From NCBI RefSeq assembly GCF_037042905.1, contig NC_087252.1, positions 13,828,001 to 13,892,000 on the forward strand: 64,000 bases of DNA, written 5' to 3'. Below, in pieces: positions 37,317 through 50,955 of this stretch. Both the position numbers and the translations under genes were made by a program. This DNA comes from Lytechinus pictus. Taxonomy: Eukaryota. The stretch's first letter is position 1, and each line of letters starts with the position of its first letter. The notes below the pieces were generated by a model that was not told the DNA's origin, made no database searches, and saw nothing but the letters and a program-made list of their open reading frames with translations.

Positions 37317-40300
37317 TGTTCAATACCAGTCCATAACTACAGTAGAGGTCTAAATAAGACAAGAATTCACTCTGCAAATTCCAACACAAACGTTACTTTA
37401 ATCGGCATCCATTGTACTACACGATTTCCTTGTGCACCCTATCTCGGGTCTCCTCGCACTAGTCTTCATTCAGACTGTATACACAACATCTCTCCTCTAC
37501 TTGAAAAAGGGTACCGTATCAATTTTCAAATGATCAAATAACACCAATGACAAATAGAAGTATAAATATACCTTCTAGCATATACATGTGTTTAGAAAAA
37601 AATAACCTTATACTGAAATCAGTTTGTAACATTATGTACATTGTATTTCAAACCATAACTCTGTATTATTTCCATATGTATCCTGGTTGCATAATAAACA
37701 TTTTGTATCTTGAAAACCGATGTGTACAGTGCAATTATTTCAAATATGAGTTTCTTCTCTTTACCTGGTAACTTTATCAAATATATTGTTTTTATATGCA
37801 TATGCGAGTGTTTAACCTGTATAAGTTGTATTAAGGAATTTAAAAACAACTGTTGCAAATTTCTTTACCTGTATAAAATGAATTAACAGTACACCACATA
37901 ATAATCACTTTCAACTTGCAATGAAAATAACACAAATTGTTGATTTTTCATTTTTTTTTTCACATGTATAACAATTTCCATAAAGTTCAATATCTTTCCT
38001 TTTTTTTTTTTTTTTTACCCTTAAAGCATAATTTGAACAAACATAAAATATACCTGTTCTCTAATCAATGAACCCTGAAAACAATTTACGCCTTTCTGTC
38101 ATGAAAATAATTTCCTTTTCAGGCCTTATTACAAAGATTCAATGAGAAACATAATCATATGTCCAGACTGGTACTTTTTTGTCACGTTTAGGTCTTTCAT
38201 TATGACTTCCAGTCTGTTCACTAGCTGTGTTTGATTTTCTCAGATCAACATGACCACTATCCCTGAACAATGTCAGTTTTGAGGCATTCCAAATACGTCC
38301 GTCTTCCAAGACTAATGTGTACAAACCCTTTTTGGCTACAATTTTCTGTGGTACCTCAAACCATGAATTGTTTCTTTTCTTGACTCTTTTCACTCTAACT
38401 TTATCACCAATGCTAAACTTTGGAATGGAAGCACCCCTAGTTTTGTCAGCGTACTCGCGTGCTTTCTTTTGCTTTGCACCAACACGCCTTCGCATTTCAG
38501 TATCCTCCCCGGCACGCCTATTGCCATCATTAGCATCATGAATGTGTAATGGCGTGACCATGGGTCGACCATGTAACAACTCTGCTGGAGTTGTACCAGT
38601 GGTCTAATGAGGGGTAGCGCGGTATGCCATAAGCAATTCAAGGACTGCTTCCTTCCATGGTTTACCTTGCATTGTTGCAATTTGAAGTGTTTGCTTCAAC
38701 ACCCTATTCCAACGTTCAACCTCACCATTTGAACGCGGGTAGTACAGTGATGCTTTGGAATGTGAAATACCTAGCTTCTTTAGGAAATCTTCAAATTCAC
38801 TAGATACAAATTGAACACCATTGTCAGTAACAACTTCAGAAGGAATACCTTCCCTAGCGAACACTTGTGTAAGGAATGTAATGACCGAATGTGTAGTCAC
38901 TTCAGAAACAAAAGCAACCTCTGGCCATTTGGAGTAATAATCTATGGCTACAATGGCATATTTGTATGAAGGTTGTGTAGTATTGAATGGACCGGTTATG
39001 TCAATACCTATTTTCTTCCAAGGTCCATCAGGAAGAGGAACACTCTGTAAGGGAGTATTACGAGTGTGTGAAACCTTATCACTTGATTGACACAAACTAC
39101 AATTATGAATAGCATCCTCTACCATCCTATCCATACATGACCACCAATAAATATCACGTAAGCGTTGCTTGGTACGCACTATTCCTTGGTGTGCTGAGTG
39201 CGCATTTGTAATCAAGATTGCTTGAAGTGATTTGGGAATGACAACTCTATTACCACGAAACACGCAATAATCAATTATTGTAAGCTCATTACGAATCATG
39301 TAATATGCTTTCAGTGAACTATCTTTGCTTGATTCTTTTGACCAACCATGTGAAATCTTCTCAATCACACGTTGTAGAATTGAATCAGAAGCCGTTGCAC
39401 GTTGTAACTCGGCTTTTGATATTGTAACTTCCGCGAATATGCTCTGGATCACAACTTCATGATCATCATCTTCAAAGACTGAAGGCGTTGGCTGTGGTAA
39501 TCGCGATAATGCATCAGCAGCATGATTCTGTAGACCTGGAATGTACTCGACGGTGTAGTTGAATCGTAGCAAACGCGTAGCCCATCGAGCGATCCTCATA
39601 GACTGACGTCCTGTCCCCTTCGTTGACAACAATGTAGTAAGAGATTGATGATCTGTGCGGAGAACAAAATGGCGGCCCCACACGTACTGGAACCACTTTT
39701 CACAAGCCCATACACATGCTAGAGCTTCTTTCTCGCCCACCGAATAGTTTTTATCAGCTTTAGTGAGCGTACGGGAAGCGTAAGAGATAGGAACCTCCTT
39801 TCCATCCTTCATCTGCATAAGGACAGCTCCTAACCCGTATTCTGATGCGTCAGTTGAAATAACTACTGGTAGATCTGGATCGAAAAGATGCAACGTTGAA
39901 CAATGTAGGATCTGATCTTTGACTGTAGCAAATGATTCGGCAGCAGCAGTAGACCACACGAACGGAACGTCCTTCTTGGTCAACTCTCGTAGTGGTGCAG
40001 TTACGCTGGAGAAATTCGGAATGAACTTTGCGTAATACGAAGCCAGTCCCAAGAATGATCGGAGTGTTGCAGCATCCTCAGGAACCGGAGCATCTCGTAT
40101 TGCAGCAACGTTATCTTCATTAGGTTGAAGGCCTTTGGCAGAGATAACATGCCCTAGATAACTGATCTCCTTCAGGTTGAACTGGCACTTCTGTAAGTTC
40201 AGTGTAAGTCCTACACTCTGTAGACGTTGTAGAACTGCCCGAAGGTTTGTGTCATGGGTTGATAGAGTATCACCGTAGATGATGATGTCGTCAAGGTAGC

Positions 40301-42215
40301 ACTGGACACCAGAAAGTCCAGCTAGAATAGACGACATAAGCTTCTGGAATGCTGAAGGAGCCGAAGAAAGTCCAAAGCAGACACGCTTGAACTGAAAAAG
40401 TCCTTCATGCGTAATAAAAGTTGTGAGATGACGCGAATCCCCATGAAGAAGAAGCTGATGGTATGCACTTTTGAGATCTAAAGTGCTGAATACAGTTGCT
40501 CCTCGCATCTCATTCAACAGTTCTTCTATGTGAGGCAATGGATATTTATCCTCAACTATCGCTCTGTTCACATCTCGCAAATCGACACACAGGCGGATGT
40601 CCCCATTCTTCTTATTCACGACGACTAATGAGGAAATCCATTCACTTGATTCTACTGGTTCAATGATATCAGCTTTAACCAAACACTGTAACTCTGTCGA
40701 CACGTTGTCTCTAACTGCAAAAGGTAGGCGTCGCAGCTATTGTTGTACTGGCGGCACGTCCTGTTTCGTCTTTACACGATGCACGTATCCTTTCGCAAGT
40801 CAACATGGTCACTGAAGAGCTCGTTGAATTCACCACAAATCTCTGAGTTCACTGCATTAACCTCGTCTGGCAGCTGTGGTAGCACGTGTAACAACTTCAT
40901 GAGATCACGTCCCATGAGACAGCTTCCTTTTGTAGCAACGAAGAATTCGCACATGACTGTAAGGTCACCATGAGAAATATTGGCCTTGAACATCCCAACC
41001 ACTGGAATTTGTTCATCTGTGAGGTAAGTAGTGAGAATACAATCAGCTCGTGGTGGCAGAAGAGCTTTCCTAGTAAAATGTTTGTCAAAAATGTCAAGAG
41101 GAATGATTGACACGCGAGACCCTGTATCAAATAACAAGTCAAGCTTCACTGATCCATTCACCGTAACTGGAAACAAGATTGCATCCTTTAATGGGTGAAT
41201 AGTCAAAACCTCAACGTTATGTAGTTGAGACTGTTCTGAAGAAATTTGATGAACAGCTTGCTGTCGGGACCTACACACTTTAGCAAAATGTCCCTTTTTC
41301 CCGCATGAATTGCAAGTTGATTCTCTAGCTTTACAAGAGACATCATTAGCTTTGTGCCTCTTATCACCGCAACGGTAACAAGCCACAGTTTTCTGTTCAG
41401 GTGGATTTTTAACACTGGCAGTTGACTGTTTCCACGCGCCAGGCTGTTTCTGTCTACGCTTGGGCTTAAACTTCACTGCGTTCACACTATCTGCAGGTGT
41501 ATTCAGTGCTCGAGTCTCTCGTGGCGCAGATTCCATCTGACGTGCATTTATCAGAGCAGACTGAAGAGTAAGAGACGGCTCGATCAGAAGCTTTTCCCGA
41601 ATTCGCTCTGAGTTGGTTTTTTCCACCAGTTGATCCCGAATGAACTCATCTCGAAGATCACCAAACGCACAGGTAAGTGACAGAGACCGGAGTGCACAAA
41701 TGTATGTTTCCACAGGCTCGTCTGGCATCTGGCCTCTCTGTCGGAAACGGTAACGTTCTGCCACAACATTAACCGTTGGTAGAAAACGATTATCTAGTCT
41801 GGCTATTGCTTCCGCATATGAACAAGACTCACCAGCACCGGTTTCTGTAGATGATGACCCAGCAGGAGAGGTCCCCGATGAGGTAGATGGTAATGTATGA
41901 AACACCCGCTGGCCCTCCGCTCCGAGACAGTGGAGTAGCAAGGCACGTCAAACAGTCCTTTCCATTGTTTCCATGGCATAGCAGGAGTGCCTGGAGAAGG
42001 TAAAAGTATGGCGGGGGTTGCAAATTCGCCATCTCGTCGCCAATGTTCAATACCAGTCCATAACTACAGTGGAGGTCTAAATAAGACAAGAATTCACTCT
42101 GCAAATTCCAACACAAACGTTACTATAATCGGCATCCATTTTACTACACGATTTCCTTGTGCACCCTATCTCGGGTCTCCTCGCACTAGTCTTCATTCAG
42201 ACTGTATAAACAACA
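37317..42215 (-). mobile_element. Full-length Ty3/Gypsy LTR retrotransposon, Mag-clade-like, disabled
   Basis: 172-bp TG..CA LTRs at 37317-37488 and 42044-42215 (4 differences); 5-bp TSD CAGTG; PBS TGGCGACGAG matching the tRNA-Ser(GCU) 3' end; purine tract next to the 3' LTR; domain order gag-PR-RT-RH-INT. Confidence 0.95.
38139..42032 (-). pseudogene. gag-pol of the Gypsy element
   Basis: Two Cys knuckles (CYRC..H..C and CNSCGKKGHFAKVC), protease FDTGS, RT YLDD, RNase H TDAS, integrase HHCC and D-D-E; broken by frameshifts near 41950-42000 and 40790 and TAG stops near 40740 and 38604. Confidence 0.92.
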
Positions 42216-44357
42216 CAGTGCAATGAAGACATTACATATTTCAACAATCAAATAATGCGAGCGCGAAGCGCGAGCTGAAATTTGTTGAAATTTTTACCTA
42301 AAGAATAGAAATTCTAAGTACTTTTTTGTAACTTAAACATAATAGGTATATAACTAAACAATTGATGCGGAGCGCGAGCGGAAAATTTTGAGATTTAGAC
42401 ATAAGAACGAGACACTCTACTCATGTTCTGTAAATCATGAAATTGGAGGTCTTCCTTAAATTAATAATGCGAGTGCAAATTGCAGCCAGAAAATGTTTAT
42501 ATTCGCTTAATTTGAAATGATCGAAAAGGTACTTGTTAAGGACTGCTTGCACTTAGCCATGAAGACGTTACATAATTATTTCAACAATCAAATAATGCTA
42601 GCGCGAATCGTGACCTCAAAAAATTTGACATTTCTACAAATTAAAAGAATCGAAAATTTTAATCAATTTTTTGTAATCGTGAACAGGGTAGCTATATAAC
42701 TAAATTGATGCAAGCGAAGCGCGAGCAGAAAAAAAAATCGAGATTTAGACCTAAAAACGGGACACTCTGTTCATGTTTTGTAAGTCATGAAAATGATGAG
42801 TAATAGGGGATTTTACTACATTAATAATGCGAGCACAAAGCGCGAGCAGAAATTTTTTGATATTGTGATCTGAAACTGGATAATGATTTAAATAAAGAAC
42901 AAGTTGAATATCTGAACATGCGCGTGTTTCAGATTTAGACCTAGAATCAAGGCATTCTACACATCTTTTAACATGAAAAATCAGAGCGAGCGCGAGGCGC
43001 GAGCTTAAACTATATGATAGAGAGTCAATTTCAGCTATTAATTTCAAGCACTATCTAGCAAAATTGTGAGGTGGATGTGGATCGCACTTAATAAAAAGCT
43101 GATATTTTTTCATTATTATTTGAGTTTTGACATAGGACCGGGACATCTTAAGACATGTCATCATGTGAAAATTATGACTATCTTCCAATTCCTCTTGCTA
43201 AGCGCGAGATGAAACAAAAGGGACAATTTAATCATTAAATTGATATCTTATTTATTAATGCCTAATGAGGGCGAGATATCTGATGATATTATGGCCTGAA
43301 AACTGGACATTTCAAGCACTTTTGTAATTATGAATAGAATGCGTCAGTTGAAATATTTGTTAACCATTAATGCGAGCGCAAATCGAGAGCCAAAATCTTT
43401 GATAAACTGTCATGAAAATCAATATTGAGACATACATAACTCGCCAATCAAAATGCGAGCGAGTATATAGCGCTATCTGATACGTTTTGACAATCAGACT
43501 TGAAAAGGGATATTTTTCAAGCTAAATGGAATACACGAAAATAATAGGTACTTAATAAATCGAAATTTGCGAGCGCTCAGCGCTAGCAGAAAATGTCAAT
43601 ATTCAGACCATAAAGCTGTCATTTTAACAGAGCACTTTTGAAAAATCAGTTTGTAAATCACACAAAATAATGAAAGCTCGATTTCCGATGTGAAATGTGT
43701 AATTTATATTGACTTCCAAACTTGATATTTAAGCTCCATATTGAACAATCACCTAACAGGCAATGCGAGCGCGAAGCGCGACCGAAAATCTTATATAGTG
43801 ACACGAAAGATTCTTTTTATTTTCCAAGTCTTCCCCTCATCTTACTTTATTCACTCTGGAAAATTTGACAAGCACAAAAAAAAAGGTTTTCACCCAAAAT
43901 GTATTGGTCATTTAGTCCAAAATACATGTATTATTTCGAAAGTGAATGATGCATTTTTTCCATCATAAAGGACCAAAAATAGTAGGGGGAACATTTGATA
44001 TTGTGTCCCCCCCCCCCTACTATTTTTGGTAGGGGGGACACGTCCCCCCCCCCCTGTCCCCCTGTGATTTCCGCCCATGCTTTGAGATAACCATCGATAA
44101 TAGGACTACATAGAATGAATTACCCTTACATTTTTATCTGAGAAACTGACATGTTTTAAGAGGAAAGTGCGCGTTTCACTCCGTGGTATGAACCTATTGA
44201 GGGGTGAATCCGTATGTTATCATTCAAGCGAGCCTATATCTCAAGACTTCACAGCTACGAATACATTATGCTGGCCAGCTGTGAGTAGTTGAGGTATTGA
44301 GGTGGCGCTATATTAAGACTGCTAGTTCGTTGCTGCTTTGCAACAGTGCGTACCAGT

Positions 44358-44717
44358 CATGGCCCAGTGAAGGAGGGGGAGGGGGGTGCTGGAGCACCCC
44401 AAAATGTTTCCTTGGTGGTGCTGCGTGTATTTTCCATAGGGAACATCCCCAGGTATTCTTGAAGATGCATAAAAATGGGTAAACGTACCCAAAATTACCT
44501 TCATTTTGTAGTAAAACCTTTTAGTTTTCTTTCTTTTCCAATTATCCTGGACCAATTTGACCTCCATTTTGTGGTTGATTTTTTGTTGCTTAATTGTAAA
44601 TTCCTCGGAAACAATTTGACCTCCATTTTTTAATGAAAACCTTTCTCTTTTTTTTGTTACTCTTTTCAAATTTTTGCATCAGCACCCCCAGTAAAAAAAA
44701 TCTTTCACAGGGCCTTG
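44358..44717. mobile_element. Small hAT-type MITE
   Basis: Ends CATGGCCC ... GGGCCTTG; 8-bp TSD GTACCAGT at 44350-44357 and 44718-44725. Confidence 0.8.
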
Positions 44718-44991
44718 GTACCAGTGTGGAAATGTGTTTTAATTTATCACAGTGGAATGCCTATGTGAACTCACCGTGTAAAAATATTGTCACAGTGTTT
44801 TCACTATGTTTTTTCCAGCAGGAAGAATGTTTAATGAAGCAGTACTTTAGTTGTATTCTATTATTATTATTTTAAGTATCATTATTATTATTACTACTAC
44901 TATCTCTAATACTATTATAATCGTCATCGTCGTCATTTACATATTGATAACATTGTTATTATTATTATATAAACTTAAACTCTGTCCGTAG

Positions 44992-45234
44992 GGAAAGTTT
45001 CTTTTTATGAATTATGGAACTTGATACATCACATGGAAACTAAATACTCGGAAACACTACGGGCGGCCCTCATCAGCCTGAATATATGTCGGGCAGAAGA
45101 CGAACTAACTGCAGACAAGGCCTATAATTTGCTTTGCCAATGGAAGGATACCAATACATACGATAATGAAGCTACGGTGCTGAAAAATGTATTAACTGGA
45201 CATGCACTTAAGCCATTATGGGAAAAAATGTGCG
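44992..45234 (+). CDS. Receptor exon 6: death-domain-like module 1
   Basis: CGTAG| acceptor, G|GTGAGA donor, 243 nt, phase 1-1; KVSFYELWNLIHHM..AYNLLCQWK..ATVLKNVL helical pattern. Confidence 0.8.
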
Positions 45235-45733
45235 GTGAGATTTCGTTTTGATACAGCTTATAATTACGATTTGCCCCTTTAATTGTTATTAAGAGGATAT
45301 GAAGTAGTGAGAACATTATCCAATCAAAGTGACAGCAATCGTTGCCAGAAAATTCACATTGGTGTTATCTGATAGCCCACTACTATCATTATCTGCGACC
45401 TTTAAAGAATCTTGAATGATATAATAATATATATGTGTTAAAAAAGATAAATTAATCAACATTGATTATTAACAAAAAATAAAACCCTAATTAAATATCT
45501 TATTCTGTTTTGTTTTTCACTAAAATTTCCTATAATCAACTAGACAAACATCTTATATTAATCGGATGAATTACCACCATGTAGGCCCAAATGGACTTAT
45601 GCATAATATTTGTTCAGTAAGGCAATTCTTGTTTTATAATTTGAAAACTTAATTTTGTCAAGCAAGATGAATATGAAGAGTGCATTACTTGAGTCATAGA
45701 TATGATCATGATGATGGCGATTTTATTTTTCAG

Positions 45734-46015
45734 ATAAGATATATGAAGCAACGAGTGTTCCTGACAAATCATTGAATCGTATTTTATGGAACGTTGGTGG
45801 TGATAAACAAGTACGAAGTTTCTTTCGTGAACTTCTACATGACCCACAAGAGACTCCGTTGGAATGGTTCGGAAATGAAAGTGATAGAATAAAGGATGCT
45901 ACGACATTTCTGAGGAAATGGTGTGACAAAGAACATGAAGTAAACCAAAATGTCCAACTAAGTTTAGCTCTAGAAAGAGCCAATTGCAAGCCATTAGACA
46001 GAACATTTTTTGAAG
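45734..46015 (+). CDS. Receptor exon 7: death-domain-like module 2
   Basis: TTTTCAG| acceptor, AAG|GTGAGT donor, 282 nt, phase 1-1; SVPDKSLNRILWNV..ATTFLRKWC..LSLALERANCKPL. Confidence 0.82.
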
Positions 46016-46913
46016 GTGAGTTAAAAAGGGACCTCCTTTTCTTCTAATGAACTGCTGATGGATGAAAGCTAGAGTAGCAAAACTGTTTGATTGCGTCATA
46101 TTTTATATTTGTTAATTCTTTTGTTTAAATATGACGTGAAATCAGTGAAAATGGATAACAATGATAAGCGAATATATGCATGCACACACACATTACAGGA
46201 TTACAAATATACACACATGTACACACCCTCTCACACACACACACACACACATATATATATGTGTGTGTGTCCTCAAAAAAAGTTAGGAAATCTGATTTTG
46301 ATCGATAATCCTTCCCCGGTTTTAGTATATATCAATGTGTGATTGATACCAATGAAAAGATTGGTATAATTTTCTTAAAAATTATACCCTACGTGGTATG
46401 ATTATGGTTTACATGGAGGTGCAGTGCCTTGAAATGTAGGGCAAGGTCAAAATTCAAAGGTTGCAAAATGACACAATATTGAAAGTCACTGTTACCCGTG
46501 GTGATGATCAAAATTAAGCAGGGACTTGATTTTGAACGGATATTTCATCTCTATTGTCACAGACAAAAGTTTCATGTTCTTTATTGACCCTTCATGACTA
46601 TTTCTGCTCGTTTTGCAGCTTTTCAATTTAGACCTCATACAACACTTTTGAATCCTACGCTTTTTGTGATGGCATGATCATATAACAAGCATGGTATCAT
46701 TTATACGATCCAATGCAGTCAGCATATAGATCCTATTTCAGCACTGAGACAGCCCTTCTGAAATTGCAAAATGATCTGTCATTTTTCGATCAGCATAAGT
46801 GTGTTTTCTTAGGGTCATTGGACCTAAGTGCAGCTTTTGATACTGTGGATCATACCATACTACTGAATCGCTTAGAATCTGATCTAGCTCTTAAATGGTT
46901 TATAAGTCTTACC

Positions 46914-49900
46914 TAGACTAGACCCATTCTGGAAAAGGAGGCCTATATAAACTTTAAGAAGCATTTTGGGGTAAAAGTTGGAAACTGGGCTATTTCACAC
47001 AATTCAAATATGCTGAATCTGATAAGATCGGTTCCCAAGCTAATTTCTCATGTTTTGACCACCTAATTTGCATAAACAAAATGGCTGCCAAATTGATAAT
47101 TCAGAATATCATGTCGACAATAATCTTTAATTATATTAGCTTTCACAGACATGAATACTGCAAAATCCTGCATACATACGTGTACCTTTCGGGAAAACTT
47201 GTTATTTTTGTTTGCGGCGAATTAATTATGCAAATTTATGCATATTTTGGATCATTATGCTATAATTTGATAATTTCAGCTCAAATGTTTATATTTTTGG
47301 TACAAATAGCATTTACATCATTATAAATAATTGTACGGCCCTTAAAATATAATATCACAGTGAATAATAATGTATTTTTATTGTTTTTGAATTTCTTATG
47401 TATTTCTTATGTATTTCTTTGTATTTTGTACCTTTTGTTTTGTACATGTTTTGTTATGGGATCTGTCAAATTATTGATTATCAATGGCAGAAAATAATTA
47501 GCTTCAATGATTTAATTATGTTATCACTTTTTTATTCGCATATATCCATGGGCATAAGCAGATGCACCCACTCCCACACCCACATCTGCATACAAAGGTA
47601 AACTCCTGCACGGAGGGCCTCCCCATTTAAAAGCACACTGGTGGAGATCCAACGAATTTCATGAACCTATCTGTATTCAAGCGAATGTCACTATTAATTG
47701 CTTATATTTTTATTATAAAATGGTATCTTGAATTATGATATCAATCAATTCATTCATATTTACAATTTTAGATGATGAGTTATTAAATTTGAATAATAAC
47801 AGTACTGTAATTCTCAACTCCTACCAACAGAATCTGATCACACATACATGTATATATATTTAGTGTGTTTTCTTCAGCAAAATGAAGTGAAAACAGTCTG
47901 CTGAAAATGAGATGTCCTGTGTTTTTCTCCATTACGCTTGTCAAATTGTCCCAATTTTGAAATAAAATTCAAAGAACTGAACCCACATATAATCCATCTA
48001 ATTTCTCATTTTGCCTATCAATTGGACCGTTTTCCGTGTTTTAAAAGCCAGACTGTGATGTTCTAAAGTTCCACAACGAATATGTCACTGCATATCCTTT
48101 TAATAACAATTTTTTGTCATTGGACTTCATTAACGGATTACATGTGCATCTCCATAATATATATTTTCCAATGCAGTACTGCACCTGTCCTATCAAGGAT
48201 TGCCGCTTCATCCAACTTAGAGGCATCCAGCTTCCCCCAGCTTGATATACACCTTTACCTTCGGGGTGTTGAAAGATCAATGTCAGTTATCATCGATTTG
48301 GTGTTCCATTTGATGGCTTGATTGATAGGGCAGCCTCATATTATAAAAGTCATCTCTAATTGTTGAAATCAAACCAATTTAGTACAAGTATTCTGCGGAG
48401 GCAGTTCGTATCGAAGTCATCGTGTTTGTGTTCTTGAGATATGTCCGATTCTCATGTCACAGATCCATAGAGAAAACCTAAACTTTTGTCTTGAGAGAGA
48501 ATCTGCTGTCTAACCAGATCTTGTTTCAGGTGTTAAAATTCTCGGAGTGCACCTTTTCAATACCGCAGTGAATTGTGTAATGTCTTCTAGGCCATGTATC
48601 GAACTTCTATATTCACACATCTTCATATCTTCATAAGATAGACTATTTCATATTGATAACGAAGGTATCTTTCAGAGGATGGTGGGTTCCTGGCATGTTC
48701 GGCGTTCCTGTAGGTGATTATTAATCCACTTATTTTGATCGGTATTAAACCCAACAGCATCCAATAGCTTACCCAGCTCTGATCGGCTACATGGGAGTCT
48801 GAGATATCACCATCAAAGTCTAGGTCGAGAATTTCTTCGATTGTAGTGCCTGGATTTCTCTTTCTATGAGGAAAGCAGTTGCCTTCGTTATGTTTGACTT
48901 GTTAACCGGTTTTGATACCAGTGAACATGTCATTTTTCTTGGGAGACCGACAGTCTGTTTTGAAATTGATGATTCTGCACTCCAATGGCAGTTTCCTCTT
49001 ACCTGGCCAACAGAGCTCTATGAAGCTGTATTCATCACTGGCATGCAGTCTCCTGTGACTACCCTTTGATATGGCGTTCCTTGGGAGTATGTCCTTGTCC
49101 CTTGTTCTTCAAACTGTACATCACTCCTCTTGGCTCTGTAATGTGGCAACATGGTCTTGGTATACACTTCTAAGCCGATGATATCCAGCTATATACCTCA
49201 CTTTTGATCCAAAAGGTAAAGATACAGAGGTTTGTGCAGCTGCTGTTGTTGGTGCTGCCATTGAGGATTCGATGTTTTATGAAGGTCAACTTCCTGGAGC
49301 TTAACAATAAAAAGCGAAGTATCTTGTTCTGTCATCTCCAAATATGCGTAATTATTATGACTACAACTCCAGTCTTAATAGGTGAGGAAGTTATATATCT
49401 CCAGTATGCAAGGCAAGATCTCTTGGCGTAGTCTTTGATAGAACAATGAGCATGAAGAAACACACATTACATGTCTGCCAATCTGCATATTACCTGCTCC
49501 ACAGAATTGCTGAGATCAGACATTGTCTTACATGAGGTGGTACAGAAAATATCATCTATGACCGGATAACCTCTAGACCATGTAGACTGGAATTCTGCAA
49601 CTGTCTCCATGCTGGTTTACCTTCAACAGGCATCTCTAGCACTTTTTAACCATAGGACACACTGTGAAAATTTGTTCTGCATTGGGCAGTGACTGGGTTG
49701 GAAACCTTCTTGTTTTGCCCATGTTTTAACCATGGAGCTAATCTGAGTTTAGCTTCATGTTTTTATCATTTCCTCTTATGTATTCAGTATCGTTCGTCAA
49801 AGAATCTTCCAAGGCAAGGATTGGATAAAAGCTGTGGTTTTCAGTTATCACTTTGATGGTTGACTTGGGGAAAATGTATCGTTGCCAAATGAATAAATAA

Positions 49901-50955
49901 ATCAGTAATGACCAAAGAACTAGTAAGTGATCCAGTAATACAGACCCTTTGCATTTATTGCAAATTGTTCTTTTTAACTGCCATGATTGCAGTTCTGATG
50001 GAGCTGAATCAAAGATATAATTTTGCTACAAGGATAATAACAATGTACTGATACTTATATCCGATTGATAAACTACACTGCGTAAATCATACGTTTAATT
50101 GATTGTTTGATCTGTTATAAAACATTTTTATATATATCTATTTCGAGAAATTTAAGTTCAGCATGATTACAGGTTTTCCAACTTCTAAACTCTTATTTTC
50201 TTACGGGTTCATTGAATTTGATAATTGTCATGATTATAGGATCAGCATCAATGTTTTTATATTGGGTGTGTCTACTATACCTTGCAAGTATATTACTTTC
50301 TATATACAGGCATGTGTGTGGATGTGTTCCTGAGTATAATTAACAGTTGTGGCAAAAGAAGTTTATTAAATGATTCAATCATTGAAGCTTAATGTTTGTC
50401 TGCCATTGATATTAGTTTTTTTTTAGATCTCATATCAAACATATACAAAGAAAATGGCAGAAAATACAAGAACACAAAAGAAATATCAAAGAACAATAAA
50501 ATACATATGAAAATTGACTTGAGTATTATATTTAAGGCCCAAACAATTATCATAATGATACAAATGCTATTTGTACCCAAAATAATAAACATTTTAGGTG
50601 TAATTATCAAATTAAAGCATAATATTGCAAAATATGCATAAATTTGCATAATTAATTAGCCGTAAACAGAAACAACAAATTTTCCCGAATGGTACATGTT
50701 AAGTATGCAAGATTTTGCAGTATCCATATCGGTGAAAGCGAATATTATAAAAGAATATTGTAGAAATAAGATTATAAATTGTCAATTTGGCAGCCATTTT
50801 GTTTATGCAAATTAGGTGGTCAAAACATAAAAAATTGGCTTGGAAACCGGTCTTATCAGATTTAGCACATTCAAATTAGGTGAAATAGACCGGTTCCCAA
50901 CTTTTATCCCAAAATGCTCCTTGAACTCAAGTTCTCCCCATATTGGTCTTGTCTA
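46914..50955. mobile_element. Academ-like DNA transposon derivative with long TIRs
   Basis: ACC|TAGACTAGACC ... GGTCTTGTCTA|ACC (3-bp TSD, TAG..CTA ends); inverted arms of roughly 550-600 bp (46914-47520 vs 50370-50955). Confidence 0.75.
48866..49660 (+). mobile_element. Heavily decayed L2/CR1-group RT fragment inside the Academ-like element
   Basis: Remnants FDLLTGFDTSEH, YGVPW, LYITPLGSV and ADDIQLY with many stops and frameshifts. Confidence 0.65.

Larger units (their letters stand above)
35231..44079. mobile_element. hAT-type non-autonomous element swollen by nested insertions
   Basis: Perfect TIR CATGGGCGGAAATC / GATTTCCGCCCATG; 8-bp TSD CTTTGAGA at 35223-35230 and 44080-44087. Confidence 0.88.
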
